Of a stretch of 64,000 nucleotides of DNA, positions 25,717 through 38,300 are shown piece after piece (within the stretch, counting starts at the first letter, position 1; each line of letters opens with the position of its first letter). Position numbers and translations under genes: made by a program. Origin of the DNA: Nemertoderma westbladi (taxonomy: Eukaryota; Animalia; Xenacoelomorpha); assembly GCA_032718475.1 (NCBI GenBank), contig JAUCBJ010002196.1:18299-82298 (forward strand), given 5' to 3'. The notes under the pieces are model-generated. The model searched no databases, was not told the DNA's origin, and worked only from the letters and a program-made list of their open reading frames with translations.

Positions 25717-26071
25717 TTTGGATACTAATACCTAACGATGGGAGGTTAAGCGGGACCGTTTGGACACTAATACCTAACGATGGGAGGTTACGCGGGACCG
25801 TTTGGACACTAATACCTAACGATGGGAGGTTAAGCGGGACCGTTTGGACACTAATACCTAACGATGGGAGGTTACGCGGGACCGTTTGGACACTAATACC
25901 TAAAGGATGGGAGGTTACGCGGGACCGTTTGGACACTAATACCTAACGATGGGAGGTTACGCGGGACCGTTTGGACACTAATACCTAACGATGGGAGGTT
26001 ACGCGGGACCGTTTGGACACTAATACCTAACGATGGGAGGTTACGCGGGACCGTTTGGACACTAATACCTA
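25717..26071. repeat. 42-bp minisatellite, ~8.5 copies
   Basis: Unit TTGGACACTAATACCTAACGATGGGAGGTTACGCGGGACCGT. Confidence 0.97.
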
Positions 26072-26631
26072 GCGAACGCAAGTCAGCATTATATTTGCGG
26101 ATAACGGGTGCTAGGACAGGCAGGAACTGAGGGGTCGTAGGGAGATATATAGAGGTGTATTTTGGCCCACTCGATGTAGTCTTTTTTAAATTTTGGGGCG
26201 CTGATGGACCATCCATCCATCCGATTTACTCAATTCTAGAATAATCTGGAAGCGCCACGGCCAAACTAACCGTCATATCGTCGCACCTACAACCGCCCAC
26301 GGTATCCACTTTAAAATATGTGAAAACTTTCCACTGCCTCACCGACTGCAGCTGTAAATATAAAACATAAATTTGTATAGATTGACATCTTTATTAGGTT
26401 GTGCTACTAAAAAATGCACGTCGTTTGGAGTGATCCAGAAGTAGCTATATAGTAGGGCATAAATCAACGTATGTGGGTTACTTGCATTATTGATCCTCAC
26501 TACCTAGAGTAGAGAAAGTTGTGAAAGCTGGAAGAAATTATTTCATAAACTCCCTTCAGAGGGCCACTAAAGTTGTTTTCCAATTGCAGAGCATTTTGGT
26601 AACTAACTAACTATAAACAAATCGCTGACCG

Positions 26632-27712
26632 AGGGGCAAACCAATTGCTTGGCAGAAAATGGATTCATTAGCCAAGTGTCGTCCATCAGTTCAGATAATC
26701 AAAATGTTTTCTATGTTATGTTAGAATGCTAAGAAAATTATTAGGAAACAATTTCATATCATCCTCGAATGTAAGCCTTACCGTGCAACTGTGATCCTTA
26801 CTTTTACGTCAACCGATTAGCCAATGATAGAGCAGAAATCAGTTGGCTAAGGGGTCTTGATAAAGTGCCATGTAGGGGCAAACCAAGTGCTTGGAAGGGA
26901 ATGGATTCAGTCGCCAAATAACATCCGATCGGTTCATATCTAAACATTTTTATCGTGTATAACTATAAAAAAGAATTATCTTCCCATTGCAGAATGAAAT
27001 CGATATCTTGGATGTTACTTCGTTTTACATCAACCGATTAGCCAATGACAGAGCAGAAATCAGTTGGCTAAGGGGTCTTGATAAAGTGCCATGTAGGGGC
27101 AAACCAAGTGCTTGGAAGGGAATGGATTCAGTCGCCAAATAACATCCGATCGGTTCATATCTAAACATTTTTATCGTGTATAACTATAAAAAAGAATTAT
27201 ATTCCCATTGCAGAATGAAATCGAGATCTTGGATGTTACTTAGTTTTACATCAACCGATTAGCCAATGACAGAGCAGAAATCAGTTGGCTAAGGGGTCTT
27301 GATAAAGTGCCATGTAGGGGCAAACCAAGTGCTTGGAAGGGAATGGATTCAGTCGCCAAATAACATCCGATCGGTTCATATCTAAACATTTTTATCAGTG
27401 TATAACTATAAAAAAGAATTATCTTCCCATTGCAGAATGAAATCGATATCTTGGATGTTACTTCGTTTTACATCGACCGATTAGCCAATGACAGAGCAGA
27501 AATCAGTTGGCTAAGGGGTCTTGATAAAGTGCCATGTAGGGGCAAACCAAGTGCTTGGAAGGGAATGGATTCAGTCGCCAAATAACATCCGATCGGTTCA
27601 TATCTAAACATTTTTATCCTGTATAACTATAAAAAAGAATTATCTTCCCATTGCAGAATGAAATCGAGATCTTGGATGTTACTTCGTTTTACATCAACCG
27701 ATTAGCCAATCA
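26632..27712. repeat. ~221-bp tandem repeat: 4 near-identical copies plus a diverged first copy
   Basis: CAACCGATTAGCCAAT at ~26810, 27031, 27252, 27474 and 27695. A diverged AGGGGCAAACCAA…ATGGATTCA lies at 26632. Confidence 0.95.
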
Positions 27713-27897
27713 GAGATCAGGTTGTTTAATGATGGTCCTAGAGTACATTTCGTAGCCAACACCCTCCCTACAACGGTCATCCATCTTCACTGCGTGTTTG
27801 CAACGACAAATTATTTGAAATGTGCAGAAATTTTGTGGGATTTGATAGAATAGAATGAATCCCGGATGTGTTGTATGAGAAGGACTTCACGGATAGT

Positions 27898-29976
27898 CAG
27901 TCAGTCACAGGAGGGGCGATGGAGCGCGGTTGGAATAGCTGGTGTATCCCGGACTCAATGGACAGTCACAGGAGGGGCGATGGACTGCGGTTGGAATAGT
28001 TGGTGTATCCCGGACTCCACGGACAGTCACAGGAGGGGCGATGGTCCGCGGTTGGATTATTTGGTGTATCCCTGACTCAATGGACAGTCACGGGAGGGGC
28101 GATGGACCGCGGTTGGAATAGTTGGTGTATCCCGGACTCCACGGACAGTAACGGGAGGGGCGATGGACCACGGTTGTAATAGTTGGTGTATCCCGGACTC
28201 CACAGACAGTAACGGGAGGGGCGATGGACCGCGGTTGGAATAGTTGGTGTATCCCGGACTCCACGGACAGTAACGGGAGGGGCGATGGACCGCGGTTGGA
28301 ATAGTTGGTGTATCCCGGACTCCACGGACAGTCACAGGAGGGGCGATGGACCGCGGTTGGAATAGTTGGTGTATCCCGGACTAAATGGACAGTCACAGGA
28401 GGGGCAATGGACCGCGGTTGGAATAGTTGGTGCATCCCGGACTCCATGGACAGTCACAGGAGGGGCGATGGACCGCGGTTGGAATAGTTGGTGTATCCCG
28501 GACTCCATGGACAGTCACAGGAGGGGCGATGGACCACGGTTGGAATAGTTAGTGTATCCCTGACTCAATGGAGAGTCACAGGAGGGGCGATGGACCGCGG
28601 TTGGAATAGTTGGTGTATTCCGGACTCAATGGAGAGTCACGGAAGGGGCGATGGACCGCGGTTGGAATAGTTGGTGTATCCCGGACTCCACGGACAGTCA
28701 CAGGAGGGGCGATGGACCGCGGTTGGAATAGTTGGTGTATCCCGGATTCAATGGAGAGTCACGGGAGGGGCGATTGACCGCGGTTGGAATAGTTGGTGTA
28801 TCCCGGACTCAATGGAAAGTCACGGGAGGGGCGATGGACTGCGGTTGGAATAGTTGGTGTATCCCAGACTCCACGGACAGTCACAGGAGGGGCGATGGAC
28901 CGCGGTTGGAATAGTTGGTGTATCCCGGACTCAATGGAGAGTCACGGGAGGGGCGATGGACCGCGGTTGGAATAGTTGGTGTATCCCGGACTCAATGGAG
29001 AGTCATGGGGGGGGGGGGGGGGGCGATGGACCAAGGTTGGAATATTTGGTGTATCCCGGACTCAATGGAGAGTCACGGGAGGGGCGATGGACCGCGGTTG
29101 GAATAGTTGGTGTATCCCGGACTCAATGGAGAGTCACGGGGGGGGGGGGGGGCGATGGACCGCGGTTGGAATATTTGGTGTATCCCGGACTCAATTGAGA
29201 GTCACGGGAGGGCGATGGACCGCGGTTGGAATAGTTGGTGTATTCCGGACTCCATGGACAGTCACTGGAGGGGCGATGGTCCGCGGTTGGAATAGTTGGT
29301 GTATCCCGGACTCCACGGACAGTCACATGTGGGCCGATGGACCGCGGTTGGGATGGTTGGTGTATCCCAGACTCCACAGACAGTCACATGTGGGCCGATG
29401 GACCGCGGTTGGGATGGTTGGTGTATCCCGGACTCAATGGACAGTCACAGGAGGGGCAATTTACCGCGGTTCGAATAGTTGGTGTATCCCGGACTCCACG
29501 GACAGTCACATGTGGGCCGATGGACCGCGGTTGGGATGGTTGGTGTATCCCAGACTCCACGGACAGTCACATGTGGGCCGATGGACCGCGGTTGGGATGG
29601 TTGGTGTATCCCGGACTCAATGGACAGTCACAGGAGGGGCAATGGACCGCGGTTGGAATAGTTGGTGTATCCCGGACTCAATGGAGAGTCACGGGGGGGC
29701 GATGGACCGCGGTTGGAATAGTTGGTGTATTCCGGACTCCACGGACAGTCACAGGAGGGGCGATGGTCCGCGGTTGGAATAGTTGGTGTATCCCAGACTC
29801 CACGGACAGTCACATGTGGGCCGATGGACCGCGGTTGGGATGGTTGGTGTATCCCAGACTCCACGGACAGTCACATGTGGGCAGATGGACCGCGGTTGGG
29901 ATGGTTGGTGTATCCCGGACTCAATGGACAGTCACAGGAGGGGCGATGGACCGCGGTTGGAATAGTTGGTGTATCT
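27898..29976. repeat. 61-bp GC-rich satellite, ~34 copies
   Basis: Unit CAGTCACAGGAGGGGCGATGGACCGCGGTTGGAATAGTTGGTGTATCCCGGACTCCACGGA. Two copies have expanded G runs. Confidence 0.98.
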
Positions 29977-30403
29977 CAGTAAAGCGGTTAAGAGGAAAGT
30001 CATACATGACATGACCGGGATAATTTAACTAAACCTGTAACGGCTCATTCCATGAAAAGGTCAACCTCCCCACTAATTTCGAAAAATGAGATGTAGCTTT
30101 TAATTTATACTTATTTTAGGTCGAAATTTATCGTACTTCATGAATTCAGTGCTAAAAATTGTATCAACACAGGTGGTTTCTCAAAAATAGTCGAATTAAA
30201 AATTATGCACGTGCTCTGCACAAAATGTGAATAAAAGTGTGCAAAAGTTTCCTTTCCTGTAGGCACTTCCCATGAGCAATAAATTAACATTTCTGAGCAT
30301 GTACCAAATCAAAAACAAACCCATTTTCGAATTTTTTTGGTTTCATTTAATTTCACCAGTGTTTCATTCCTCTGTAATGAAATCGATAAAGTTAATCATG
30401 TGA

Positions 30404-31936
30404 TGTCCCATACTTTACCTAAAATAGTGAAATTTTTAGTTTATTCACAGAGATGTAACTCAGCCTAATCACCCAGTGGAATGCAAAGCACGTTTGTGTT
30501 GCGTCATCGTATAAAACAATTAGTTTCATCTTCACTTCCTCAGAAATATCATGGGGGCCAATTGAAAATTGTCCCATACTTTACCATTAAAATGGCGATT
30601 ATATTAGTGCACTGTATTAATCTAATATGTGAAGCCAGGAGTGTTATAATACTCTAAGGTCATAGTCGGTCGTAAGAATATGAGTCTATATTTTAACTGA
30701 GAATCATTCCTCGGTCAAGAAATCTTTGGGTTTGTGCATGTAAAGTCCCGTACATTGTTAATGGTACCCATATGCTGACTTCTTTGCTCAGATTGTGGTT
30801 AAGCACTGTCCCATACTTTACCAACAATAGTTAAATTTTTAATTTATACACAGAGAAGAAGTCTAACTCAGCCCAATCACCCAGTGGAATGCAAACCTCA
30901 TTTGTGATGCGTCATCTTAAGAAACAATTACCTGTAGTTTCATAATCTACTCCCTAGAAACGTCATGACGGCCAATTGAAAATTGTCCCATACTTTACCA
31001 TTATAATGGCGATTACATTTTTGTGCACTCTATTAATGTAATATATGAAACCTGGAGGGCAGGAGTGTAATAATGCTTTAGGGTGATAGTAGGGGGAAGC
31101 ATAGAAGTATGTATTTGAACTAAGAATCATTCCTCAGTTAACTAATCTTTGAGTTTATGCATGTAAAGTCCCGTACTTTACAACAAATTTCAAAAAATGT
31201 AGTTTTTTAGCAGATAAGAAGATCGGTACGTACAGTAATTGATACATTTTCAGAAAAATGGAAACAATTTCTAAACTTTTCACAGAATACATGTGTGCCA
31301 AGTTTGGTTATATTTCATCAATGATTGGCGGACTTATTTCGGTTTTTACCAAAATTTTGAAACTATCGGTACCAACAGACAGACTGTCTGATATGTGACC
31401 TTTGATTCATTAAACCTCAGATTCTTTCCAAACTTTTGACAGACTTCATACAGTACGTACCAAGTTTGGTTTAATTTCATATATAAATGACCGAGTTATA
31501 CAGTATTAGCGATCAAAAATTAGACAGATGACAGACAACTCCTCAACGGCACCCATATGCTAAGACTTCGGGTCAATTTGAGGGTCGCCCCACATTTTAC
31601 ATCCATATCTTGGTTGGAAATACTTAGTTGCACTTTATTATCACTAATTATCCAGAAATTACTGTTATGTTAAGTGTAAGAGACCATTTTGACAATAAAA
31701 TTCGTACAGGTCCCGTACTTTACCTAGCAATGTCCCATACTTTACCACACACACCACACTGTAAAAAATTAGCCATGTAGCAATTCGTCTGATATTTATA
31801 TTTTTATTGAAGCTTAATAATACAGTTTTATCCTAAACATTAACTCAACACCGTACCTGCGCACAATTCGCTAAACTTTAGAATTGAAATCATAAAATAA
31901 AAAAAACCATTTCGTACGAATCCGTACTTTACCTTA
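30404..31936. repeat. Diverged ~410-bp duplication and dispersed GTCCC(A/G)TACTTTACC motifs; probable DNA-transposon remnant
   Basis: Motif at ~30404, 30570, 30807, 30984, 31168, 31710, 31731 and 31921. The segment 30404-30755 is similar to 30807-31180. Confidence 0.65.
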
Positions 31937-32355
31937 ATTAGACAAGTTGGTGTTTTCTCAAAAGTGTCCAAGACCCGCCATAAGCTTCGCGAGATTTCAT
32001 TTTGGCGTGAATGCTTTAAAGAGACTAGTTACTGTAGCTAAATAGCTAAATGAGTTATTTTTATTCGCAAAGTTTATATCATCTTAGTCTATTCTATACA
32101 ATATTTATCCTAAAACACTAAAACAATTTATTTAAATTTGACAATTTATTTTATTAAGTCAGCAGTAAATGCATTATGCAATTTACATTTTAGTTTCATA
32201 GAAATTATTATTCTATCCAGATCCATTTGTTAATTGGTAATTGATCTATATGGAAATAAATACTGTAGAATGAAGATGCCATACAACTACTCTACAGTAA
32301 TTAATTGTACCTTATTAGGTCCACTCTATGTAATATTAATAGTAATAAAGTACAG

Positions 32356-35300
32356 TAGGTGGTTAGCGTAATTGGTCTTCCCGGCCAGCCACCGCCTGTA
32401 CACCATTGTACTAACTAGGTGGTTGGCGTAATTGGTCTTCCCGGCCAGCCACCGCCTGTACACCATTGTACTAACAAACTAGGTGGTTAGCGTAATTGTT
32501 CTTCACGGCCAGCCACCGTCTGTACACCATTGTACTAACTAGGTGGTTAGCGTAATTGGTCTTCCCGGCCAGCCACCGCCTGTACACCATTGTACTAACA
32601 AACTAGGTGGTTAGCGTAATTGGTCTTCACGGCCAGCCACCGTCTGTACACCATTGTACTAACTAGGTGGTTAGCGTAATTGGTCTTCCCGGCCAGCCAC
32701 CGCCTGTACACCATTGTACTAACAAACTAGGTGGTTAGCGTAATTGGTCTTCACGGCCAGCCACCGTCTGTACACCATTGTACTAACTAGGTGGTTAGCG
32801 TAATTGGTCTTCCCGGCCAGCCACCGCCTGTACACCATTGTACTAACAAACTAGGTGGTTAGCGTAATTGGTCTTCACGGCCAGCCACCGTCTGTACACC
32901 ATTGTACTAACTAGGTGGTTAGCGTAATTGGTCTTCCCGGCCAGCCACCGCCTGTACACCATTGTACTAACAAACTAGGTGGTTAGCGTAATTGGTCTTC
33001 ACGGCCAGCCACCGTCTGTACACCATTGTACTAACTAGGTGGTTGGCGTAATTGGTCTTCACGGCCAGCCACCGTCTGTACACCATTGTACTAACTAGGT
33101 GGTTGGCGTAATTGGTCTTCCCGGCCAGCCACCGCCTGTACACCATTGTACTAACTAGGTGGTTAGCGTAATTGGTCTTCCCGGCCAGCCACCGCCTGTA
33201 CACCATTGTACTAACAAACTAGGTGGTTAGCGTAATTGGTCTTCACGGCCAGCCACCGTCTGTACACCATTGTACTAACTAGGTGGTTGGCGTAATTGGT
33301 CTTCACGGCCAGCCACCGTCTGGACACCATTGTACTAACTAGGTGGTTGGCGTAATTGGTCTTCCCGGCCAGCCACCGCCTGTACACCATTGTACTAACT
33401 AACTAGGTAGTTGGCGTAATTGGTCTTCCCGGCCAGCCACCGTCTGTACACCATTGTACTATCTAGGTGGTTGGCGTAATTGGTCTTCACGGCCAGCCAC
33501 CGTCTGTACACCATTGTACTAACTAACTAGGTGGTTAGCGTAATTGGTCTTCACGGCCAGCTACTACCTGTACACCATTGTACTAACTAACTAGGTGGTT
33601 AGGGTAACTGGTCTTCACGGCCAGCCACCGCCTCTACACCATTGTACTAACTAACCAGGTGGTTAGCGTAATTGGTCTTCCCGGCCTGCCATCGCCTGTA
33701 CACCATTATACTAAATAGGTGGTTGGCATAATTGGAGTTCCCGGCCAGCCACCGCCTGTACACCATAGTACTAACTAACTAGGTGGTTAGCGTAATTGGT
33801 CTTCCCGGCCTGCCATCGCCTGTACACCATTATACTAACTAGGTGGTTGGCATAATTGGAGTTCCCGGCCAGCCACCGCCTGTACACCATAGTACTAACT
33901 AACTAGGTGGTTAGCGTAATTAGTCTTCCCGGCCAGCCACCGCCTGTACACCATAGTACTAACTAACTAGGTGGTTAGCGTAATTGGTCTTCCCGGCCTG
34001 CCATCGCCTGTACACCATTGTACTAACTAGGTGGTTGGCATAATTGGTCTTCCTGGCCAGCCACCGCCTGTACACCATTGTACTAACTGACTAGGTGGTT
34101 GGTGTAATTGGTCTCCCTGGACAGCCACAGTCTGTACACCATTGTACTAACTAACTAGGTGGTTAGCGTAATTGGTCTTCCCGGCCTTCCATCGCCTGTA
34201 CACCATTGTACTAACTAGGTGGTTGGTATAATTGGTCTTCCCGGCCAGCCACCGCCTGTACACCATAGTACTAACTAACTAGGTGGTTAGCGTAATTGGT
34301 CTCCCTGGCCAGCCACCGACTGTATGTACACCATTGTACTAACTGACTAGTTGGTTGGCGTAATTGGTCTCCCTGGCCAGCCACCGTCTGTACACCATTG
34401 TACTAACTAACTAGGTGGTTAGCGTAATTGGTCTTCCCGGCCAGCCACCGCCTGTACACCATTGTACTAACTAACTAGGTGGTTGGCGTAATTGGTCTTT
34501 CCGGCCAGCCACCGTCTGTACACCATTGTACATACTAACGAGGTGGTTGGCGTAATTGGTCTTCCCGGCCTGCCATCGCCTGTACACCATTGTACTAACT
34601 AGGTGGTTGGCATAATTGGTCTTCCCAGCCAGCCACCGCCTGTACACCATAGTACTAACTAACTAGGTGGTTAGCGTAATTGGTCTTCCCGGACAGCCAC
34701 CACCTGTACACCATAGTACTAACTAACTAGGTGGTTAGCGTAATTGGTCTTCCCGGCCTGCCATCGCCTGTACACCATTGTACTAACTAGGTGGTTGGCA
34801 TAATTGGTCTTCCCGGCCAGCCACCGCCTGTACACCATTGTACTAACTGACTAGGTGGTTGGCGTAATTGGTCTCCCTGGCCAGCCACCATCTGTACACC
34901 ATTGTACTAACTAACTATGAGGTTAGCGTAATTGGTCTTCCCGGCCAGCCACCGCCTGTACACCATTGTACTAACTAACTAGGTGGTTGGCGTAATTGGT
35001 CTTTCCGGCCAGCCACCGTCTGTACACCATTGTACTAACTAACTAGGTGGTTGGCATAATTGGTCTTCCCGGCCAGCCAGCGTCTGTACACCATTGTACT
35101 AACTAACTAGGTGGTTGGCGTAATTGGTCTTCCCGGCCAGCCACCACCTGTACACCATTGTACTAACTAGGTGGTTGGCGTAAATGGTCTTCCCGGCCAG
35201 CCACCGTCTGTACACCATTGTACTAACTAACTAGGTAGTTGGCGTAATTGGTCTTCCCGGCCAGCCACCGTCTGTACACCATTGTACTAACTAGGTGGTT

Positions 35301-38300
35301 GGCGTAATTGGTCTTCCTGGCCAGCCACCGTCTGTACACATTGTACTAACTAACTAGGTTGTTGGCATAATTGGTCTTCCCGGGCAGCCACCGCCTCTAC
35401 ACCATTGTACTAACTAACCAGGTGGTTAGCGTAATTGGTCTTCCCGGCCTGCCATCGCCTGTACAACATTATACTAACTAGGTGGTTGGCATAATTGGAA
35501 TTCCCGGCCAGCCACCGCCTGTACACCATAGTACTACTAACTAGGTGGTTAGCGTAATTGGTCTTCCCGGCCTGCCATCGCCTGTACACCATTGTACTAA
35601 CTAGGTGGTTGACATAATTGGTCTTCCCGGCAGGCCACCGCCTGTACACCATTGTACTAATTGACTAGGTGGTTGGCGTAATTGGTCTCCCCGGCCAACC
35701 ACCGTCTGTACACCATTGTACTAACTAGGTGGTTGGCATAATTGGTCTTCCCGGCCAGCCACCGCCTGTACACCATAGTACTAACTAACTAGGTGGTTAG
35801 CGTAATTAGTCTTCCCGGCCAGCCACAGCCTGTACACCATAGTACTAACTAACTAGGTGGTTAGCGTAATTGGTCTTCCCGGCCTGCCATCGCCTGTACA
35901 CCATTGTACTAACTAGGTGGTTGGCATAATTGGTCTTCCTGGCCAGCCACCGCCTGTACACCATTGTACTAACTGACTAGGTGGTTGGTGTAATTGGTCT
36001 CCCTGGCCAGCCACAGTCTGTACACCATTGTACTAACTAACTAGGTGGTTAGCGTAATTGGTCTTCCCGGCCTGCCATCGCCTGTACACCATTGTACTAA
36101 CTAGGTGGTTGGCATAATTGGTCTTCCCGGCCAGCCACCGCCTGTACACCATAGTACTAACTAACTAGGTGGTTAGCGTAATTGGTCTCCCTGGCCAGCC
36201 ACCGACTGTACGTACACCATTGTACTAACTGACTAGGTGGTTGGCGTAATTGGTCTCCCTGGCCAGCCACCGTCTGTACACCATTGTACTAACTAACTAG
36301 GTAGTTAGCGTAATTGGTCTTCCCGGCCAGCCACCGCCTGTACACCATTGTACTAACTAACTAGGTGGTTGGCGTAATTGGTCTTTCCGGCCAGCCACCG
36401 TCTGTACACCATTGTACATACTAACGAGGTGGTTGGCGTAATTGGTCTTCCCGGCCTGCCATCGCCTGTACACCATTGTACTAACTAGGTGGTTGGCATA
36501 ATTGGTCTTCCCGGCCAGCCACCGCCTGTACACCATAGTACTAACTAACTAGGTGGTTAGCGTAATTGGTCTTCCCGGACAGCCACCGCCTGTACACCAT
36601 AGTACTAACTAACTAGGTGGTTAGCGTAATTGGTCTTCCCGGCCTGCCATCGCCTGTACACCATTGTACTAACTAGGTGGTTGGCATAATTGGTCTTCCC
36701 GGCCAGCCACCGCCTGTACACCATTGTACTAACTGACTAGGTGGTTGGCGTAATTGGTCTCCCTGGCCAGCCACCATCTGTACACCATTGTACTAACTAA
36801 CTATGAGGTTAGCGTAATTGGCCTTCCCGGCCAGCCACCGCCTGTACACCATTGTACTAACTAACTAGGTGGTTGGCGTAATTGGTCTTTCCGGCCAGCC
36901 ACCGTCTGTACACCATTGTACTAACTAACTAGGTGGTTGGCGTAATTGGTCTTCCCGGCCAGCCAGCGTCTGTACACCATTGTACTAACTAACTAGGTGG
37001 TTGGCGTAATTGGTCTTCCCGGCCAGCCACCACCTGTACACCATTGTACTAACTAGGTGGTTGGCGTAAATGGTCTTCCCGGCCAGCCACCGTCTGTACA
37101 CCATTGTACTAACTAACTAGGTAGTTGGCGTAATTGGTCTTCCCGGCCAGCCACCGTCTGTACACCATTGTACTAACTAGGTGGTTGGCGTAATTGGTCT
37201 TCCTGGCCAGCCACCGTCTGTACACATTGTACTAACTAACTAGGTTGTTGGCATAATTGGTCTTCCCGGGCAGCCACCGCCTGTACATCATTGTACTAAC
37301 TAACTAGGTGGTTGGCGTAATTGGTCTTCCCGGCCAGCCACTGTCTGTACACCATTGTACTAACTAACTAGGTGGTTGGCGTAATTGGTCTTCCCAGCCA
37401 GCCACCGTCTGTACACCATTGTACTAACTAGGTGGTTAGCGTAATTGGTCTTCCCGGCCAGTCACCATCTGTACACCATTGTACTAACTAACTAGGTGGT
37501 TGGCGTAATTGGTCTTCCCAGCCAGCCACTGCCTGTACACCATTGTACTAACTAACTAGGTGGTTGGCGTAATTGGTCTTCCCAGCCAGCCAGCGTATGT
37601 ACACCATTGTACTAACTAACTAGGTGGTTGGCATAATTGGTCTTCCTGGCCAGCCACCGTCTGTACACCATTGTACTAACTAACTAGGTGGTTAGCGTAA
37701 TTGGTCTTCCCGGCCAGCCACCGTCTGTACACAATTGTACTAACTAACTAGGTGGTTAGCGTAATTGGTCTTCCCGGCCAGCCACCATCTGTACACCATT
37801 GTACTAACTAACTAGGTGGTTAGCGTAATTGGTCTTCATGGCCAGCCACCGCCTGTACACCATTGTACTAACTAACTAGGTGGTTAGTGTAATTGGTCTT
37901 CCCGGCCAGCCACCGTCTGTACACCATTGTACTAACTAACTAGGTGGTTAGTGTAATTGGTCTTCCCGGCCTGCCACCGCCTGTACACCATTGTACTAAC
38001 TAACTAGGTGGTTAGCGTAATTGGTCTTCCCGGCCTGCCATCGCCTGTACACCATTGTACTAACTAGGTGGTTGGCATAATTGGTCTTCCCGGCCAGCCA
38101 CCGCCTGTACACCATAGTACTAACTAACTAGGTGGTTAGCGTAATTGGTCTTCCCGGCCTGCCATCGCCTGTACACCATTGTACTAAACTAGGTGGTTGG
38201 CATAATTCGTCTTCCCGGCCAGCCACCGCCTGTACACCATTGTACTAACTGACTAGGTGGTTGGTGTAATTGGTCTCCCCGGCCAGCCACCGTCTGTACA

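Noticed and set aside
25653-35652. ORFs in the 42-, 61- and 60-bp repeats
   Set aside because: They are periodic translations of tandem repeats on both strands.
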